Shown here in pieces: positions 20,257-29,981 of a stretch of DNA of 64,000 nucleotides (position 1 is its first letter; each line of letters begins with the position of its first letter). This DNA is from Candidatus Caldarchaeales archaeon (lineage in GTDB: Archaea > Thermoproteota > Nitrososphaeria_A > Caldarchaeales > Wolframiiraptoraceae). The notes beneath the pieces were generated by a model, which searched no databases, was not told the DNA's origin, and saw only the letters and a list, made by a program, of their open reading frames with translations. A program made the position numbers and the translations under genes. The DNA lies in assembly GCA_039630055.1 (NCBI GenBank), contig JBCNVN010000004.1, positions 19,811 through 83,810 of the forward strand, given 5' to 3'.

Positions 20257-22575
20257 TCACCTCTTCTTATTTATTGCTTTCCATATATTCTCGAAACTTA
20301 TCGGTAGATTATTGATATTGACCCCCGTTGCGTGGAAGATTGCATTGGCGACAGCGGTCGGGACAGATAACATGGATAGTTCTCCAACCCCTCTAGCTCC
20401 ATAAGGACCATCGCTTTGAGGATTCTCTATAACTACGATCTGGTGTTCTTCAGGAATATCTCCAGCTCTTGCAATCTTATAGTCTGTAAGATTAGGGTTT
20501 AACATCTTCCCATTTCCATCATATTTATACTCTTCCCAAATACCTAGACTGAGAGATTGAATGCATCCTCCGATTATCTGCCCTTCAACTAGAAGTGGAT
20601 TGATGGCTTTTCCTACATCGAATGCGGATACTAGTTTTAGGATCTTTACCTCACCTGTCTCGATATCGAGTTCGATCTCTACAGCTTGTGCTCCGAAAGT
20701 CCACTTGAGAGCAGGATATCCTTGCCCTGTCTCCGGGTCGAGATATGATAGTCTACTTCCTACATAGTATCCACGTCCAATCAGTGGACCTCCAATGGTA
20801 TTTCCATTTGGATATACATATCCAGCCGCTATATCTTTTAATTGTAGGCTCCACTCAGGTCTACCCTTAACCATTATTTTCTCATCTTCTATGACTAGGT
20901 CATCTTTAGGAACTCTAAGTACCTGGGAAGCTACCTCTAATATCTGTTCTTTAATATCTCTTGCAGCTCTAATAACCGCTCTCCCCTCCATGAATAAGTT
21001 CCTGCTAGCTACCGTCTGCCAAGAATATGGTGTCACATCTGTATGCCTAAATGGTACAACTTTTATCTTCTCTACTGGAACGTTCAACTCTTCTGCAGCC
21101 ATCTGAGCGAGAGCGGTAACCGTTCCCTGACCTATCTCGGTAACCCCGACAGAGATCAAGAAGGTTCCATCTTCATTTAATTTTATTATAGCAGAGGATG
21201 CAGCATTAGGAGGCATCGCAGGAGCCTTCCAAAGTGCAGCAACACCCTTCGCTCTCAGCTTATTTCCGCCAACTGATACTGGGCGGGTTCCCCATCCAAT
21301 CTTATCAGCCACTGCTCTAATACACTGGTCTATCCTACCAGCGTCTTCTCTTAACCTCTCTCCAGTAGGCGTTGTTAGACCGGGTAGAAGAGCATTCTTT
21401 AATCTAAATTCAACCGGATCCATACCTATCTCTGCTGCTATGATCTCTATCTGTCTTTCAATAGCCCATAGGAACTCAAAGTGTCCGAAACCTCTAAACG
21501 CTGTACCCCATGGATGGTTAGTATACACCGTTAAGGATTCGGCTTCTAGATTAGGTACGAAGTATGGTCCAGTACATGAATATCCTGCAGCTCTAGCTAT
21601 GTTCACTCCATAATCTGCATAGGCTCCTGCATCGAATATGTAAAGTATCTTTTCAGCCATGATCTTTCCATCTCTGGTTACACCCGTTTTTATTCTTCCA
21701 TAGAATCCCTGTCTAACTGGAGCCGTCATAAACTGCTCCTCACGTGTTAACTCAAGCATCACAGGTCTGTACCCTGCTTTCTTGGATAGGAGAACTACAA
21801 GCGGTTCAAAGTTTATTCCTGCCTTTCCTCCAAAACCTCCTCCAACATAGGGAACATAAACAGATATCTTATGTAATGGTATTCCGAGCGAGTAGCCCAG
21901 TATGTACCTAATGGCGAAAGGGCTCTGAGCAGATGTCCATATCTTGATGCTTCCATCTTTTAGATATTGACCTATGCAGACATGGGGTTCCATTGGAACA
22001 TGGGAGACCTGAGGCATAAGAAACTCGTTCTCAACTATTACCTCACTCTCTCTAAAGCCTTCATCTAAGTTCCCCTTCTTCACTATAAATCTATTAGCTA
22101 TGTTTGTCCCTGGAATAGGGTTGAAGGCTGGAGAATGAGCATACTCTCCTAGTTCTTCATGAACTAGAGGAGAGTCAGGCTTTAATGCATCCCTTACATC
22201 TAATACAGGTTTCAGCGGATCATATTCTACCTTTATCTGCATAACGGCTTCCTCTGCTGTCTCCAGATCCTCAGCGACAACTGCTGCGACAGGTTCACCA
22301 ACCCATCTAACCTTTTTCTTCGCCAAGATATTTCTATCATTTACATATAACCCTACTCGGAATGGGAAGTCTTCACCGGTGGCAATGGTTACAACGTTTG
22401 GCATCTTCAAAGCATTACTGAAATCTATTGATTTGATCCTTGCATGGGCGTATGGGCTTAAAAGCAACTTTGCATACAGCATTCCCGGAAGCTCGATATC
22501 TCCAGTGTACTCAGCTGAACCAGTAATTTTTTCTATCGCATCTATTCTTTGAATAGGTTTGCCAACATACTTCAC
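20257..22575 (-). CDS. Xanthine dehydrogenase-family molybdopterin subunit (copy 2)
   Basis: VGGGFGGK, AFRGFG, TEIGQG, WQTVASR and GARGVGE. Confidence 0.92.
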   Translation of the reverse strand: MKYVGKPIQRIDAIEKITGSAEYTGDIELPGMLYAKLLLSPYAHARIKSIDFSNALKMPNVVTIATGEDFPFRVGLYVNDRNILAKKKVRWVGEPVAAVVAEDLETAEEAVMQIKVEYDPLKPVLDVRDALKPDSPLVHEELGEYAHSPAFNPIPGTNIANRFIVKKGNLDEGFRESEVIVENEFLMPQVSHVPMEPHVCIGQYLKDGSIKIWTSAQSPFAIRYILGYSLGIPLHKISVYVPYVGGGFGGKAGINFEPLVVLLSKKAGYRPVMLELTREEQFMTAPVRQGFYGRIKTGVTRDGKIMAEKILYIFDAGAYADYGVNIARAAGYSCTGPYFVPNLEAESLTVYTNHPWGTAFRGFGHFEFLWAIERQIEIIAAEIGMDPVEFRLKNALLPGLTTPTGERLREDAGRIDQCIRAVADKIGWGTRPVSVGGNKLRAKGVAALWKAPAMPPNAASSAIIKLNEDGTFLISVGVTEIGQGTVTALAQMAAEELNVPVEKIKVVPFRHTDVTPYSWQTVASRNLFMEGRAVIRAARDIKEQILEVASQVLRVPKDDLVIEDEKIMVKGRPEWSLQLKDIAAGYVYPNGNTIGGPLIGRGYYVGSRLSYLDPETGQGYPALKWTFGAQAVEIELDIETGEVKILKLVSAFDVGKAINPLLVEGQIIGGCIQSLSLGIWEEYKYDGNGKMLNPNLTDYKIARAGDIPEEHQIVVIENPQSDGPYGARGVGELSMLSVPTAVANAIFHATGVNINNLPISFENIWKAINKKR

Positions 22576-22690
22576 TTATCATCACCCTCCTAATAATTTT
22601 TTACATCTTCAAATCTCTAAACCTCAATATATCTCTTCACTCTCCATATTTTATCGAAAAATAATTATAGGGTAGGATAAGATTGAGGTT

Positions 22691-23431
22691 TCAGAATTCT
22701 ATCTCGAATGTTGAAGTCGGTTTTAGAGGTATAGTCTTATTGAGCAAATCTTGGGGAACAGGTCTTTCACCCATAAGACCACGTTCTAGTAGAGATGGTT
22801 TAACAGACTTGTTCCACTGTTCTTTTGTTATATAGTATACTCTTGCTCCTCCAAGCTCATGTTGTACTTCGGGCCATGGCTTTGTTACATGTTGAAGTCT
22901 AAAGCCCATTCTAAAGCCGAAGGGACTTTCAAAAGTGGCCCACCATTCATTTACGCCAACTATATCGAATGCATGCTCTACCTTTGCTGCATAGAGAAAT
23001 ATCCCAAGCCTCTCGGCACGTTTAAAGACTATCGTATGGAGGCTTATACAGATATTCTCATTATAGTATCGATGGTTGACGAGCCCCATCAATTCTCCAT
23101 CTTTATTAGTTGCTACTATCACGTATCCATCCTTTAACCTATTCTGTGACCATGCCAATATCTCTGAATAAGTTCTTACGGCGACGAGGTGGTAAAAGTC
23201 TTTATCGTATTTGTGGTCGACCAATTGTTTCAGAGTTTGGAGCATAGCTGGTGCCTCATCTTTAGTTGCAGGTCGAACAATTATCGGCTCGCCACTTTTC
23301 AATCTATATATCTTGGGTGGGAAGGGTTTCTGGAATCTTTCATCGGGTGGAGCACCTCTTAGAAATTCTTCAATCTCATCTACTCCAAACTTAAATTCTT
23401 CGAAAGAGATAGGTACAACTGGCTTAACCAT
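22691..23431 (-). CDS. Divergent GNAT-like (N-acyltransferase-fold) protein
   Basis: IIVRPATKDEA N-terminal strand-helix, VIVA..DGELMG and a degenerate R..RLG CoA-binding loop. Upstream of and co-directional with Mo enzyme 2. Confidence 0.55.
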   Translation of the reverse strand: MVKPVVPISFEEFKFGVDEIEEFLRGAPPDERFQKPFPPKIYRLKSGEPIIVRPATKDEAPAMLQTLKQLVDHKYDKDFYHLVAVRTYSEILAWSQNRLKDGYVIVATNKDGELMGLVNHRYYNENICISLHTIVFKRAERLGIFLYAAKVEHAFDIVGVNEWWATFESPFGFRMGFRLQHVTKPWPEVQHELGGARVYYITKEQWNKSVKPSLLERGLMGERPVPQDLLNKTIPLKPTSTFEIEF

Positions 23432-23549
23432 GTTTAAAACTAGTTATCGTGGAGAATAAATACCTTCTTCAGAATATTCTTCCAAGATTTATATTCTTCT
23501 AGATCTTCGAAGATGCTTATATCCATCCAATTACAAGATCCATACTGGA

Positions 23550-24713
23550 ATGAGAATATTCAAAGATGAAGAGAAGCTTTCTCCAGAATATGTTCCACAA
23601 GAACTTCCACATCGTGAGAGTGAGCTAAGTATGTTGAGAACATTCTTTAGTAGTGTTATTTCGGGAAGCCCATCGATATCGATTAGGCTGATAATTACGG
23701 GTTCGGTAGGAACTGGTAAAAGCGCTCTGGCCAAATTATTCGGGCAAAGAGCGGTCTCTGAAGCATCAAGAAAAGGGATAGACTTAAAATTTCTTTACGT
23801 GAACTGTAGAATAAGCAAGACGACATTCTCTGTCTTGAGAAAACTAATAGAACAGCTTAAAGCTAGGCTACCTGAGAGAGGTCTATCTAATGAAGAACTC
23901 ATCCACAGATTTCTAGATTATCTAGAATACAAGGGATTCTATGCTATAATAGCATTAGATGAAGTCGAGACACTTTTAAGAGAGGAAGGATCTGAACCAT
24001 TCTATCTCTTTTCTAGGATCGGAGAGGAGAGAATGAAGACCCCCAGAATCTCAACGATATTCATAATGAGAAGTCTAGATGTACTAGATATGCTGGACCA
24101 GAGTACTAGAAGCAGTCTTCTTGGAAATATAATATATCTTAAGGAATATGATTACGATCAGCTGTATGATATTGTAAAGTATAGAGCGAGTTTAGCTTTT
24201 AGACCTGATGCAATAGAAGAAGATTCGTTAAGCTTGATCGCAGAGCTAAGCAGCGAGAGAGGGGATGCTAGGTATGCTCTAGACATACTGTGGAGGGCTG
24301 GAAAGTTCGCAGAGGCGGAAGGCTTAACAACAGTAGAGCCGGAGCATGTTAGGAAGGCTGCTGCAAGCGTTTACCCAACAATAAGAAGAGAACATTTAGA
24401 ATATCTTGAATATGATTCAAAATTAATCTTGCTTGCATTAGCTAATGCATTAGATGCGGAGAAATCTGGATACGTTACTTCTAGTACTTTGAATGAATAT
24501 TATAGAATCGTCTGTGAAGAATATAGTGTGGAACCCAAGTCTTATACAAGTTTTTGGGGAGCGCTTCAACGACTTGACGATCTAGGAATAATTAGGATAA
24601 GGGTGGTCAGCGAGGGCTCGAAAGGAAGAAGATCATACATTTCTCTACTAGGCATACCGACATCTATATTGAGGAAAGAGCTAGAACCTTTAATACAAAG
24701 AAATCGGACGTAG
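23550..24713 (+). CDS. cdc6: ORC1/Cdc6 replication initiator
   Basis: YVPQELPHRE, Walker A GSVGTGKS, YVNC, Walker B ALDEVE, GDARYAL and a C-terminal winged helix. Confidence 0.92.
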   Translation: MRIFKDEEKLSPEYVPQELPHRESELSMLRTFFSSVISGSPSISIRLIITGSVGTGKSALAKLFGQRAVSEASRKGIDLKFLYVNCRISKTTFSVLRKLIEQLKARLPERGLSNEELIHRFLDYLEYKGFYAIIALDEVETLLREEGSEPFYLFSRIGEERMKTPRISTIFIMRSLDVLDMLDQSTRSSLLGNIIYLKEYDYDQLYDIVKYRASLAFRPDAIEEDSLSLIAELSSERGDARYALDILWRAGKFAEAEGLTTVEPEHVRKAAASVYPTIRREHLEYLEYDSKLILLALANALDAEKSGYVTSSTLNEYYRIVCEEYSVEPKSYTSFWGALQRLDDLGIIRIRVVSEGSKGRRSYISLLGIPTSILRKELEPLIQRNRT

Positions 24714-24758
24714 ACTCGATAATATTCATAAAAATATTTCACGAAAAAATAAGGTAAG

Positions 24759-26099
24759 CTAGGATTTTTTCATATTACTGGTAGATCTCTTCTTCTTAAC
24801 CTTTCCATTAGCTACTTTTTCTAGCTCCTCTTCTACTCCCCCACCCTCTTTTACATTCAAATAATTCTTTTTCAAGTATTCTACTTCTTCATCTGTTAGT
24901 TCAAAGTATTCTATTAATTTTATTTTAGACCCACGTGCATGAGAGATTATTATCCCGACGTATGGTAGCATGAATCTAGAGGCCTTGTATGATGAAAGAT
25001 GTAGTTTTGAAGCTATCTTAAAAGCAATTCTATCTCTAATCTCTCTCTCCTCTCTGTATTGTTGTAGAAATCTAATCTTATGGGGAAAACTAAATTTCTG
25101 AAAACCTTTAGAAGGTGTTTTTCTAGCTACTACGATCCCCCCAGTCATCAGAGGTATAGCATATCTCATCAACCTCCACATCTGAAGCTTGTTTATACGC
25201 TTAAAGTATAAGTCAGCTCTTGACATTAGGTCATAAGCTTCAGCTAGCTCTTCTATTTCAGTTATCTGTGTTGGTATGTTATCCAGAACCCAAGTATATA
25301 GTGCTTCTGGATCAATTTCCAATCCTTCAAGAGCAGCTCTAGCTCCTCTAATAGATTTTGAGTAGAAGATTATTCTTAAGGCTTCGAAGATCTCTCTAAC
25401 TCTATCTCTTTCCCCTAAGACCTTTAGATCATTCTCTGTTATGATTTTTTTACCGGACGATACTGCTTGTAAGTCCATTATAGCTGATCTGAGATCTCCT
25501 TTAGCTCCTTCAGCTATCTTGTCTATAACATCTTCTGAGACTTCTATTCCTTCTCTCTCACATATCTCTCTCAACCTTTTCGAGATTGTAGTTTTATTTA
25601 ACCTCTTAAACTCAATCATGAGAGATAATTCTCTGATCTGTGAAAGCTTCTGGTCCCATGGATTGTTAGCGATCAATACTAAGGGGACTTTACTCTCACT
25701 GATTATTTTCTTTAATGCTGCTATTCCTCCAGCATCCTCTCTTCCAGCTACACCATCAACTTCATCTACTAAGATAAGTCTCTTCGCATGGCCTTCTAAA
25801 GTAGCATACTGAGAAGATTCGCCGACCACCATCTTCATCTTCTCTTCATTCCTCCAGTCGCTCGCATTCACTTCAACCACATCGTATCCATGCTCTCTCC
25901 CATAGGCCAGGACTAGACTAGTCTTTCCGACTCCTGCTGGACCGTATAGGAGAGCAGCCTTTTTAGTAGGTTTACCTCTCTCCCAGCTTCTAATCCACTC
26001 TAAGAATTCTTCTATAGACTCTCTATTACCTACTACCTCGCTCACCTTTCTAGGCCTATATTTCTCAACCCAAAGTTGATCCATTTTCTTCCTTCCCAA
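24759..26099 (-). CDS. rfcL: Replication factor C large subunit
   Basis: WVEKYRP, GPAGVGKT, EVNASD.R, DEVDG and GDLRSAI. Confidence 0.95.
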   Translation of the reverse strand: MGRKKMDQLWVEKYRPRKVSEVVGNRESIEEFLEWIRSWERGKPTKKAALLYGPAGVGKTSLVLAYGREHGYDVVEVNASDWRNEEKMKMVVGESSQYATLEGHAKRLILVDEVDGVAGREDAGGIAALKKIISESKVPLVLIANNPWDQKLSQIRELSLMIEFKRLNKTTISKRLREICEREGIEVSEDVIDKIAEGAKGDLRSAIMDLQAVSSGKKIITENDLKVLGERDRVREIFEALRIIFYSKSIRGARAALEGLEIDPEALYTWVLDNIPTQITEIEELAEAYDLMSRADLYFKRINKLQMWRLMRYAIPLMTGGIVVARKTPSKGFQKFSFPHKIRFLQQYREEREIRDRIAFKIASKLHLSSYKASRFMLPYVGIIISHARGSKIKLIEYFELTDEEVEYLKKNYLNVKEGGGVEEELEKVANGKVKKKRSTSNMKKS

Positions 26100-26101
26100 C
26101 G

Positions 26102-28414
26102 TTATTTCTTCTTAGATTTTGACGCGATCCTCGCCAAGAATGCCATAAGCTGTACTTCTTCTGTTCCTCCTTCAGCAATCCTGTAATCTATCTCTCCTAA
26201 AAGATCAAGAAGTTCAAGTTTATCTTCTTCAGTCAAGTCTAGGTAGAATAGTTCACGGTATATTGCTGAGATTATATCTGAGCCAGACAAACCTTGAACA
26301 TAGATTAGTCTTCTCAATTCGTCTCTCGCTTGTATAAATTTTCCACTCAATGCTAGTTCGATTATCTTCCTTATCTCCCCCCTACTAACATATCCGAGAA
26401 TGTAGTAGACTGTCTTCTCATCTATTCTATTTGAGATTGTGGCGGATGCTTGTAAAATATTTATCGCTCTTCTCATATCTCCTTCCGAGAACTCATATAT
26501 AGCATCTAGAGCAGCATCCTCTACTTCCAGCTTCTCTTGCTCAGCGATCCATCTAATTCGACGTATTATATCATTCTTTGTTAATGGTCTAAACCTGAAT
26601 ACTGCACATCTACTCTGTATAGGCTCTATTATCCTATTACTATAATTTGCAGCTAAGATGAATCTACAAGTTGTTGAATATTGTTCCATAACCCTTCGGA
26701 AAGCATGCTGTGCATCATCTGTCAACTGATCACTCTCATCTAGTAACAGTATCTTGAACCCTATCTCTCCACCTATAGGGATCTGCCTAGCAAACATCTT
26801 AACCTTATCTCGAATAGTCTGTATTCCTCTTTCATCACTATTATGTAGTAGGATTGGGGTTGTTCCACCCCAAAATACTTCTGATTTCGGAACTGAAACA
26901 TCATAAACATATCCATCATAATCTTCGACCTCAATCGACTTTATCTCTACAGCATAAAGTGGTGATAGTGCCAATCGAATAATCTTTTCATATATTTCTC
27001 GACCATTAGGTGAGAGACGATCTTTACGTATCGTTCGTAGAATCTCTATCAAATTCCTCTTACTGATCCTACCGAATCTCTTTGAATAGATTTCATGTCC
27101 TAAAAGATGTCTAAGCCTTTCACATTCCCTCTCTTCTAAAAGACTATATATTATAGAGGTTGGGAGTAGATCGGATCCAATACTCGTAGATCTCCTTTCA
27201 AGTTTACATTCATCTTTAAAGATAAAACTCTCTATTCCCATCATCCTCGCAAGCCAAGCAATATCTATTAGAGCATCGACCGATCTTGAATTGTATCTAA
27301 CTATGCCTCCCCAACATCTAGAAGCATCTCCTAGATAATCTTTAATAAATGTGATCCTATCTGATAGTGATAAGCCGCATGAGCTTTCTAGAAAATGTTC
27401 ACTTTGAGTTCTTATCGGATTTATGAGGTAGAAATTTCCATCGTATAATTTTGTTGTTTGTGTATTAAGTATTAAATTTTCGGTATGGAAGAATTCGAAT
27501 GAATTATTATATGAAAAATCTTCTCGAATGCATAGCATATTCTCTGGTACTCGATTATCTGTTGACAAAGTTCTACTATCTAGGGGTCCATCATATAGCA
27601 TATTGAGAGTTGAATTGGCTCCTCTACATGGATTACTGGAATCCCCATAAACTTCAGCGAGGTAGACCCTCATAGATCGGGAAGATCTATCTATTACTTC
27701 TAATCTAGTAAGGGCTTCCCCAATTATAGGATCTATAATACTGGTTTTTCCAAATGCTAAAGACTCTGAGAAAACATGTGGTGAAAGACCTGGTTCGAGT
27801 CTTCCAAATTGTAAAGGATTCTTAAATGATATCAAGTATTCACCTACTTTGAGTTCAGATACCTTCTTAGCCACTATTTCAACACTTTTAGAGTCTATAA
27901 CCATAACTGAATGGTCGAGACTTGTCCTGATCTCGCCACCTTCATATTTTATTCTAGCGATCTTCTTTACTCTATGTCTGGAGATCGCTTCAATAGGTTT
28001 GAATACAATATTAAAGAATCGATCTATTGAGAGTATTTCTGGGCCTCTTTCAAGAAATATGTATGAGGCACTAGTCGACGTAAAGTATCTATCGGAAAGC
28101 TCTCCAATAGTAGTCCTCACGATAACCTTACCTTCTCTTATAAGTATCGGTGTTTCAGGAGTTACCGAAGCGTTTATCTCAACGAACCATCCATCTTCAA
28201 TATATCTTGGACCGTATAGATCTCTAGCGAGGGCATGAGCTGTCGCTGTCTTCCCTGTTCCCGGTGGTCCAGAGAAGAGCATATGGGGCACTGTTTTCGT
28301 CTTTAAAATATTCATTAAACTCGTTACTACTTCTTCTTGGTTTATTATCTCGGATAAGGTTTTGGGTCTATATTTCTCAACCCATGGAAGAGTTGCCACT
28401 GCTTCAATACTCAA
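26102..28414 (-). CDS. rfcS: Replication factor C small subunit containing an intein (about 327 aa after splicing)
   Basis: WVEKYRP, GPPGTGKT, EINA|SDERG interrupted by the insert, LDESD and IQSRC. Confidence 0.95.
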   Translation of the reverse strand: MSIEAVATLPWVEKYRPKTLSEIINQEEVVTSLMNILKTKTVPHMLFSGPPGTGKTATAHALARDLYGPRYIEDGWFVEINASVTPETPILIREGKVIVRTTIGELSDRYFTSTSASYIFLERGPEILSIDRFFNIVFKPIEAISRHRVKKIARIKYEGGEIRTSLDHSVMVIDSKSVEIVAKKVSELKVGEYLISFKNPLQFGRLEPGLSPHVFSESLAFGKTSIIDPIIGEALTRLEVIDRSSRSMRVYLAEVYGDSSNPCRGANSTLNMLYDGPLDSRTLSTDNRVPENMLCIREDFSYNNSFEFFHTENLILNTQTTKLYDGNFYLINPIRTQSEHFLESSCGLSLSDRITFIKDYLGDASRCWGGIVRYNSRSVDALIDIAWLARMMGIESFIFKDECKLERRSTSIGSDLLPTSIIYSLLEERECERLRHLLGHEIYSKRFGRISKRNLIEILRTIRKDRLSPNGREIYEKIIRLALSPLYAVEIKSIEVEDYDGYVYDVSVPKSEVFWGGTTPILLHNSDERGIQTIRDKVKMFARQIPIGGEIGFKILLLDESDQLTDDAQHAFRRVMEQYSTTCRFILAANYSNRIIEPIQSRCAVFRFRPLTKNDIIRRIRWIAEQEKLEVEDAALDAIYEFSEGDMRRAINILQASATISNRIDEKTVYYILGYVSRGEIRKIIELALSGKFIQARDELRRLIYVQGLSGSDIISAIYRELFYLDLTEEDKLELLDLLGEIDYRIAEGGTEEVQLMAFLARIASKSKKK
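26840..28168 (-). mobile_element. Intein (443 aa) at the NA/SDERG site of RFC-S, with an apparently degenerate LAGLIDADG region
   Basis: Starts SVTPETPIL, has block B TSLDHS and block F YVYDVSV, and ends LLHN followed by Ser+1. Confidence 0.92.
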
Positions 28415-28473
28415 TCATACCACCCCAAAACTATTTCTAACCCCAACCTATTACTCTTTCGATATTCTTCCCG

Positions 28474-29220
28474 TCATACTCTCTTCAACTTTAGAATATT
28501 GAATGCATTTTCGGTAGTTATCTCTTCGATCTTCTCGATAGGTAACTTTTTCAAAATGCTTATCCAACTGACGGAAATCTTTGCGTTTGACGGTTTATTC
28601 ACTTCTCCTGGAATGGGGGAGAGGGCTGGTGAATCCGACTCGATTAATATGTTTTCTAGTGGTAGCCTTCTTACAAGATTCTGCTTCTGGGGGCTTCTAG
28701 GTATTGATGGTGGAATACTGAAGAAGTAACCTTTCTTTACAGCCTCCTCAATATGTGAAGCTGAGCCATCGTAAGCATGCATTATTACTCTTTCAGCTTT
28801 ACTATTTAATAATATTTCCAGAGCATATTTCCCAGCACTCCTAGAATGCACTATTAACGGTAGGTCTAGTCTTTTAGAGAGTTCAATAAATTCTATGAAA
28901 TACTTTTTCTGCAATTCCTTATCGACACTAAGCTTGGGGTGAAAGTCTAATCCAACTTCGCCTACCGCTACTATCCTATTAGAATTTTCTTCAATCAATT
29001 CTATGACCTTATTGACATCTTCTAGGTTGTATGGCATTAAACCTAGTGATGGATAGATGTTCATATAGTCAGATATCTCTAGAACTCTAACCGAATCTTC
29101 AAATCCTAATCCAGAGCTGACGATGACTTCGATCCCTGCTCTTCTCGCATCTTCTAATATCTCATCTAATCTTCCCTCAAAAACTTTATCGGTAAGATGA
29201 CAGTGAACATCCACGATCAT
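28474..29220 (-). CDS. tatD: TatD-family hydrolase
   Basis: DVHCHL, GEVGLD, VHSRSA and ESDSP. Confidence 0.92.
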   Translation of the reverse strand: MIVDVHCHLTDKVFEGRLDEILEDARRAGIEVIVSSGLGFEDSVRVLEISDYMNIYPSLGLMPYNLEDVNKVIELIEENSNRIVAVGEVGLDFHPKLSVDKELQKKYFIEFIELSKRLDLPLIVHSRSAGKYALEILLNSKAERVIMHAYDGSASHIEEAVKKGYFFSIPPSIPRSPQKQNLVRRLPLENILIESDSPALSPIPGEVNKPSNAKISVSWISILKKLPIEKIEEITTENAFNILKLKRV

Positions 29221-29318
29221 TCCAGTAAAGAGACAGCATCCAACTATTTAATTCATAAGAGTACTCATAGTATTGATTACTGGAGAACTTTTTAAGAAAC
29301 CTTTAAACTATTTCCTAC

Positions 29319-29975
29319 ATGCCCTACGTGTATGGAGATATCGAGATAAGTTGGCTTGGGCATGATTCATTCTATGTTAAGTATGCTGATAAAAGGCTGT
29401 ACTTTGATCCATACAAGATTAGGCCAAAAGATAAAGCATCACATATATTCATATCCCATGAACATTTCGACCATTTAAGTCTAGATGATATAAGAAAGAT
29501 AGTATCCCCGGAAACCAATGTCGTAGCCTCTGAGTCTTGTATGAGGCAACTCACATCTCTAAAGATAGGATTATTGAATTATATGAGGGCGGGTGATGAA
29601 CTGGTAGTCTCAGGTGTAAGAGTTAAGGCAGTTCCAGCATATAACTTAAACAAGTTTAGAGAGCCGGGTATAGTATATCATCCTAAAGCTGCTGGCGGTG
29701 TTGGTTACATAGTTGAATTAGGTGGAGTTAAAATATACCATATGGGTGATACAGATTTTATACCTGAGATGAAGAACCTATCAGCCGACATAGTCTTCGT
29801 ACCTGTTAGTGGCACTTTCGTAATGACAGCTGAAGAAGCAGCTCAAGCTGTAAATGAGATTAAGCCGAAGATAGCGATACCGATGCATTATGGTGCAATA
29901 GTTGGAGGTAGCAAGGATGTTGAAGAATTTAAGAAGAGGGCGAATGTAGAAGTGGTCACTCTAGAGAAGGAGTGA
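29319..29975 (+). CDS. Metallo-beta-lactamase-fold hydrolase
   Basis: WLGHDSF, SHEHFDH, YHMGDT and IPMHY. Confidence 0.9.
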   Translation: MPYVYGDIEISWLGHDSFYVKYADKRLYFDPYKIRPKDKASHIFISHEHFDHLSLDDIRKIVSPETNVVASESCMRQLTSLKIGLLNYMRAGDELVVSGVRVKAVPAYNLNKFREPGIVYHPKAAGGVGYIVELGGVKIYHMGDTDFIPEMKNLSADIVFVPVSGTFVMTAEEAAQAVNEIKPKIAIPMHYGAIVGGSKDVEEFKKRANVEVVTLEKE

Positions 29976-29981
29976 GAGAAT

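Noticed and set aside
23432-23549. Replication origin upstream of cdc6
   Set aside because: The gap is short and has no repeated ORB or mini-ORB elements.
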